This document shows positions 61,008 through 64,000 of a DNA stretch of 64,000 nt, in pieces; the stretch's first letter is position 1; every line of letters starts with the position of its first letter. The stretch spans positions 13,394,001 through 13,458,000 of the forward strand of contig CM075989.1 in NCBI GenBank assembly GCA_038087875.1. The letters are read 5' to 3'. Origin of the DNA: Malacoraja senta (Eukaryota). Made by a program: the position numbers and the translations under genes. Under the pieces are notes generated by a model that worked only from the letters and a program-made list of their open reading frames with translations, was not told the origin of the DNA and made no database searches.

Positions 61008-61338
61008 ACCCATTCCTTCTCTCCAGAGATGCTGCCTGGCCCGCTGAGTTACTCTGGCATTTTGTGTCTATCTTTAGTGTAAACCAGCAAATGCAGTTCC
61101 TTCCTACACAGAGAATCTCTCTCGTTGGACGTGCAAATGTTTCTTACCACTTATCAGTCAATGTCTGAACATTGTGTAGATCTTGCTGCATGCAGACATG
61201 GACTGCTACATTTGCTGAGGAGTTGCTAATGGAAAGAACATTGTGCAACCATCAGCAAGCATTCCTAACTGTGATTTTAGGAAGGACAGGTCTTTGACAA
61301 AACAGCTGAAAATGGCTGTACGTAGAACTCTGTCCTGA

Positions 61339-61635
61339 GGAACAGTGGTTCAGTGGTAGAATTGCTGCCGTGCGGTGCCAGAGACCCATGTTCGATCCTG
61401 ACTACAGATACCATCTGTATGGAGTTTGCACGTTCCCCCTGTGAGCACGTGGGTTTTCTCCAGGTGCTCTGGTATCCTCCCACATTCCAAAGATGGGAGG
61501 TTAATTGGCTTCGGTAAAAATTGTAAGATTGTTCCTAGTGTGTCGGATAGTGTTAGTATACAGGATAATCACAGGTCAGCATGGACTCAGTTGGCCGAAG
61601 GGCCTGTTTCCATGCCGTATCTTTAAAGTGTAAAG
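61339..61635 (+). mobile_element. tRNA-derived V-SINE (HE1-like)
   Basis: Same organisation, with GTTCGATCC B-box and V-domain. Confidence 0.8.
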
Positions 61636-64000
61636 AATTTTTATACAGTATGAAGTCTTCAGTCTGGGATGATTGAAGCAAGGCAACCAGTCATTTTATG
61701 AGAGATGGCTAGAGACCTTTTCCTTTAATGCCATTGAGTTTGATTTTACCAGGGCTCCTGGAAGGTACTCGTGGTCAAATGCTGTCTGATATCATGGGCA
61801 GTCACTCTCACCTCACATGGAAATTCTATCTTTCTCCAAATTGTTACACAGCATGGAAACAGCCTCGCAGCTCACAGCTCCCTTCTACCACCACCAATTC
61901 TTGTAAATCCCAATCTTCCTCTCATGGAGGACAGAGATGTGTGGTGCGTCCGTCACCGTGGCCGTCGGAAACCAGCACCACTGCTTCGCTAATGTTTTCA
62001 ACGGAAATGTTTTCTTCTCTCCCACATCTTCCTCAACTTCTCCCGCTCCTGGGTTCTCCTGCCACCCACATGCACCAGGGGTAATTTGGAACGCTTTTGT
62101 CTTTTTAATCTCTAGGCCTTGTCCACCCATTTGGCAATCAACGCCCTGTCCACCCACATTCATCCATCACTTGCCAAGCTTTGTTCTGCTCCCCACCTCT
62201 TCCCATTTTCTCCCCTCCCCACTACAATTACTCCAAAGAAGGATCGCCTATGCATGTCTTCCAGGGATGCTGCCTGACCCACTGAATTACTCTAGCACCT
62301 TTTGTGTTCTATGTAAGATTCCAGTATCTGCAGTTCCTAGTGTCTCCAGGGGTAATTTGCGGTATCTAGTTAACCTACCACTCGGTGCATCTTTGGCAAG
62401 TGGGAGAAAACAGAGCTCCCAAGGTCTGGATTAATCGGGGGTGTCTGACTGCATGAACCACTTCTCATTGTGCCATCCTGAATTAAAGCATTGTTGAGAG
62501 CCACATAAAAATGATAGGCACGCAGCCAAGTACATGGGAAGCCACCAGCAAACGTGTGATTATTTTTGCAGCTCAAGATATTGTAATTTGTTAGTCTTTT
62601 CCACTATTAGTTTCCAGTGACCTGCAGGCCTTTGGTATTCACTGTATTCCCTTATTAAAGCTAATACACTCTTTTGCTCAGACATTTTCAGACGAAGATA
62701 TAATTTGTGTACAAATTACTGCAGACTTTTAAATTACTTCCTGTTTTATTTGTTGCTCCATATTCTCAGACACATTGGTCCTAAGCATGGTTTAATGGGA
62801 ACAATAGCTTTCCAAATCTTCGTCCAGCTGATCCACAACACAGATATGAAGAGCATTGCACTCACCCCCTCCTGACCTTTCACCTCAAGAAAAAGGGATG
62901 GCTTTGTTCACTTGTATAATGCTGCCATTGAGTGGGAGAAAGCTTCCCTCAGGGAGAATTTGGTTATTCACAAGGGCTGGGTTTCTAATTACTAGAACAC
63001 AAAAAAGACAATTGAGTCCTAGAAGCAGTTTGGAACATATTCAATCCTTTGGGTCAGAAGACTCGAGTAATTTTGGTATACACATTTTTAATATATGACT
63101 GAAATAGTAAATAAAGATCAAACTGCAGTATTAGAATTAGTGGAATTACTGTAAAACATGTAGAATGGAATGTCAGAAAACACTGAAATGAATGTCATAC
63201 TTTATGATGGGTGATCTCTTCCACCTGTATAAACCTGAGAAGTGTCAGCCCAGGAACTTCAACAAATTCTCCAGGATATGAGCCTGTAGCCTAGTGCCTT
63301 TGACCCGCAGCCTATGGTGTATTGATTCTTCTAAAACACTAGAATGATCTGAAGCTAGAAGTGGGAAAAGCATCCTGCTCTGGTCCCGGTTTGCTATACT
63401 TTTGGATCTACTTAAACTAGTTCTATAACTCTGAAGGTGTCTGCCTCACTTAGCATTGTACCTCAAGATAGTCATTGTGGGTGATGTACAGAGATAATTA
63501 TGATTGATGAATTAAGAAAGTATGTTTTGGAATTCTCAATTTAGGATAGAAGTGGGAAAAGGACACATCATTTTCTTTCTTGGAGTTGAGATCTTCTTGC
63601 CCATGGCATTTACAAACTGCCACCTTCTTGCCACCTTTAGCAAATGCATAATTTGTGACGCTTCCTTGCCTTTCCTATCTTAGTCCATATTCGACACCTG
63701 CAAAGCTTTCAATCTTTTACTTCAACATCATTGAATCAAAGTTTCATTATTCCCCTTTTTAAAGTTCTTTGAACTGTTTGGAGGAATTTACATGGTTTAC
63801 TTGTTCTCAAGGAGGGAAAAACTCAGCAGTTATCCAAAATTCACCTCTACTAACCATACCTGAAACAGCATGAGTATTTACATTAATTCTTTAACATTAA
63901 ACTTGGATTCCATTGACTCAAGATGTCATTTTCTTTTGGTAAATTGGCTTCCATTACCCGGTGTTTGGTATTTATCGTCCTATAATCTGAAGCTATTCTT

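Noticed and set aside
61339..61420. tRNA-like A/B boxes
   Set aside because: Head of a V-SINE; no cloverleaf or terminator.

Overview
Vertebrate nuclear DNA, not prokaryotic. The repeat content (HE1/V-SINE-like SINEs, CR1/HER1-like LINEs, Penelope-like elements) suggests a cartilaginous fish, probably a skate or ray; this is inference. Two housekeeping genes lie head-to-head. USP8 is on the minus strand: 10 coding exons from the start codon at 14278 down to the window edge, covering the MIT domain, rhodanese domain and SH3-binding motif. GABPB1 is on the plus strand: a CpG-island first exon near 19.1-19.3 kb and 7 coding exons at 28916-45525. Its terminal leucine-zipper exon was not found in the window. 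Every internal exon boundary read is GT-AG and phase-compatible. The introns are densely packed with often nested transposons: three Tc1/mariner families, two L1/Tx1-like 3' fragments with TSDs, L2, Rex1, CR1, Helitron ends and several MITEs. The most interesting signals are RNA-structural. First, a Penelope-like GIY-YIG relic and about 10 short derivatives, several of them TSD-flanked palindromes, carry minimal hammerhead ribozyme cores with a loopless palindromic stem III. Second, a 390-bp TSD-flanked RTE-like non-autonomous element has a 5' end that folds like an HDV-type ribozyme. Third, the GABPB1 first exon has two ATGs in one frame that could be spliced in frame to the canonical start. 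All calls come from reading and translating the sequence by eye; no database search or folding program was run.
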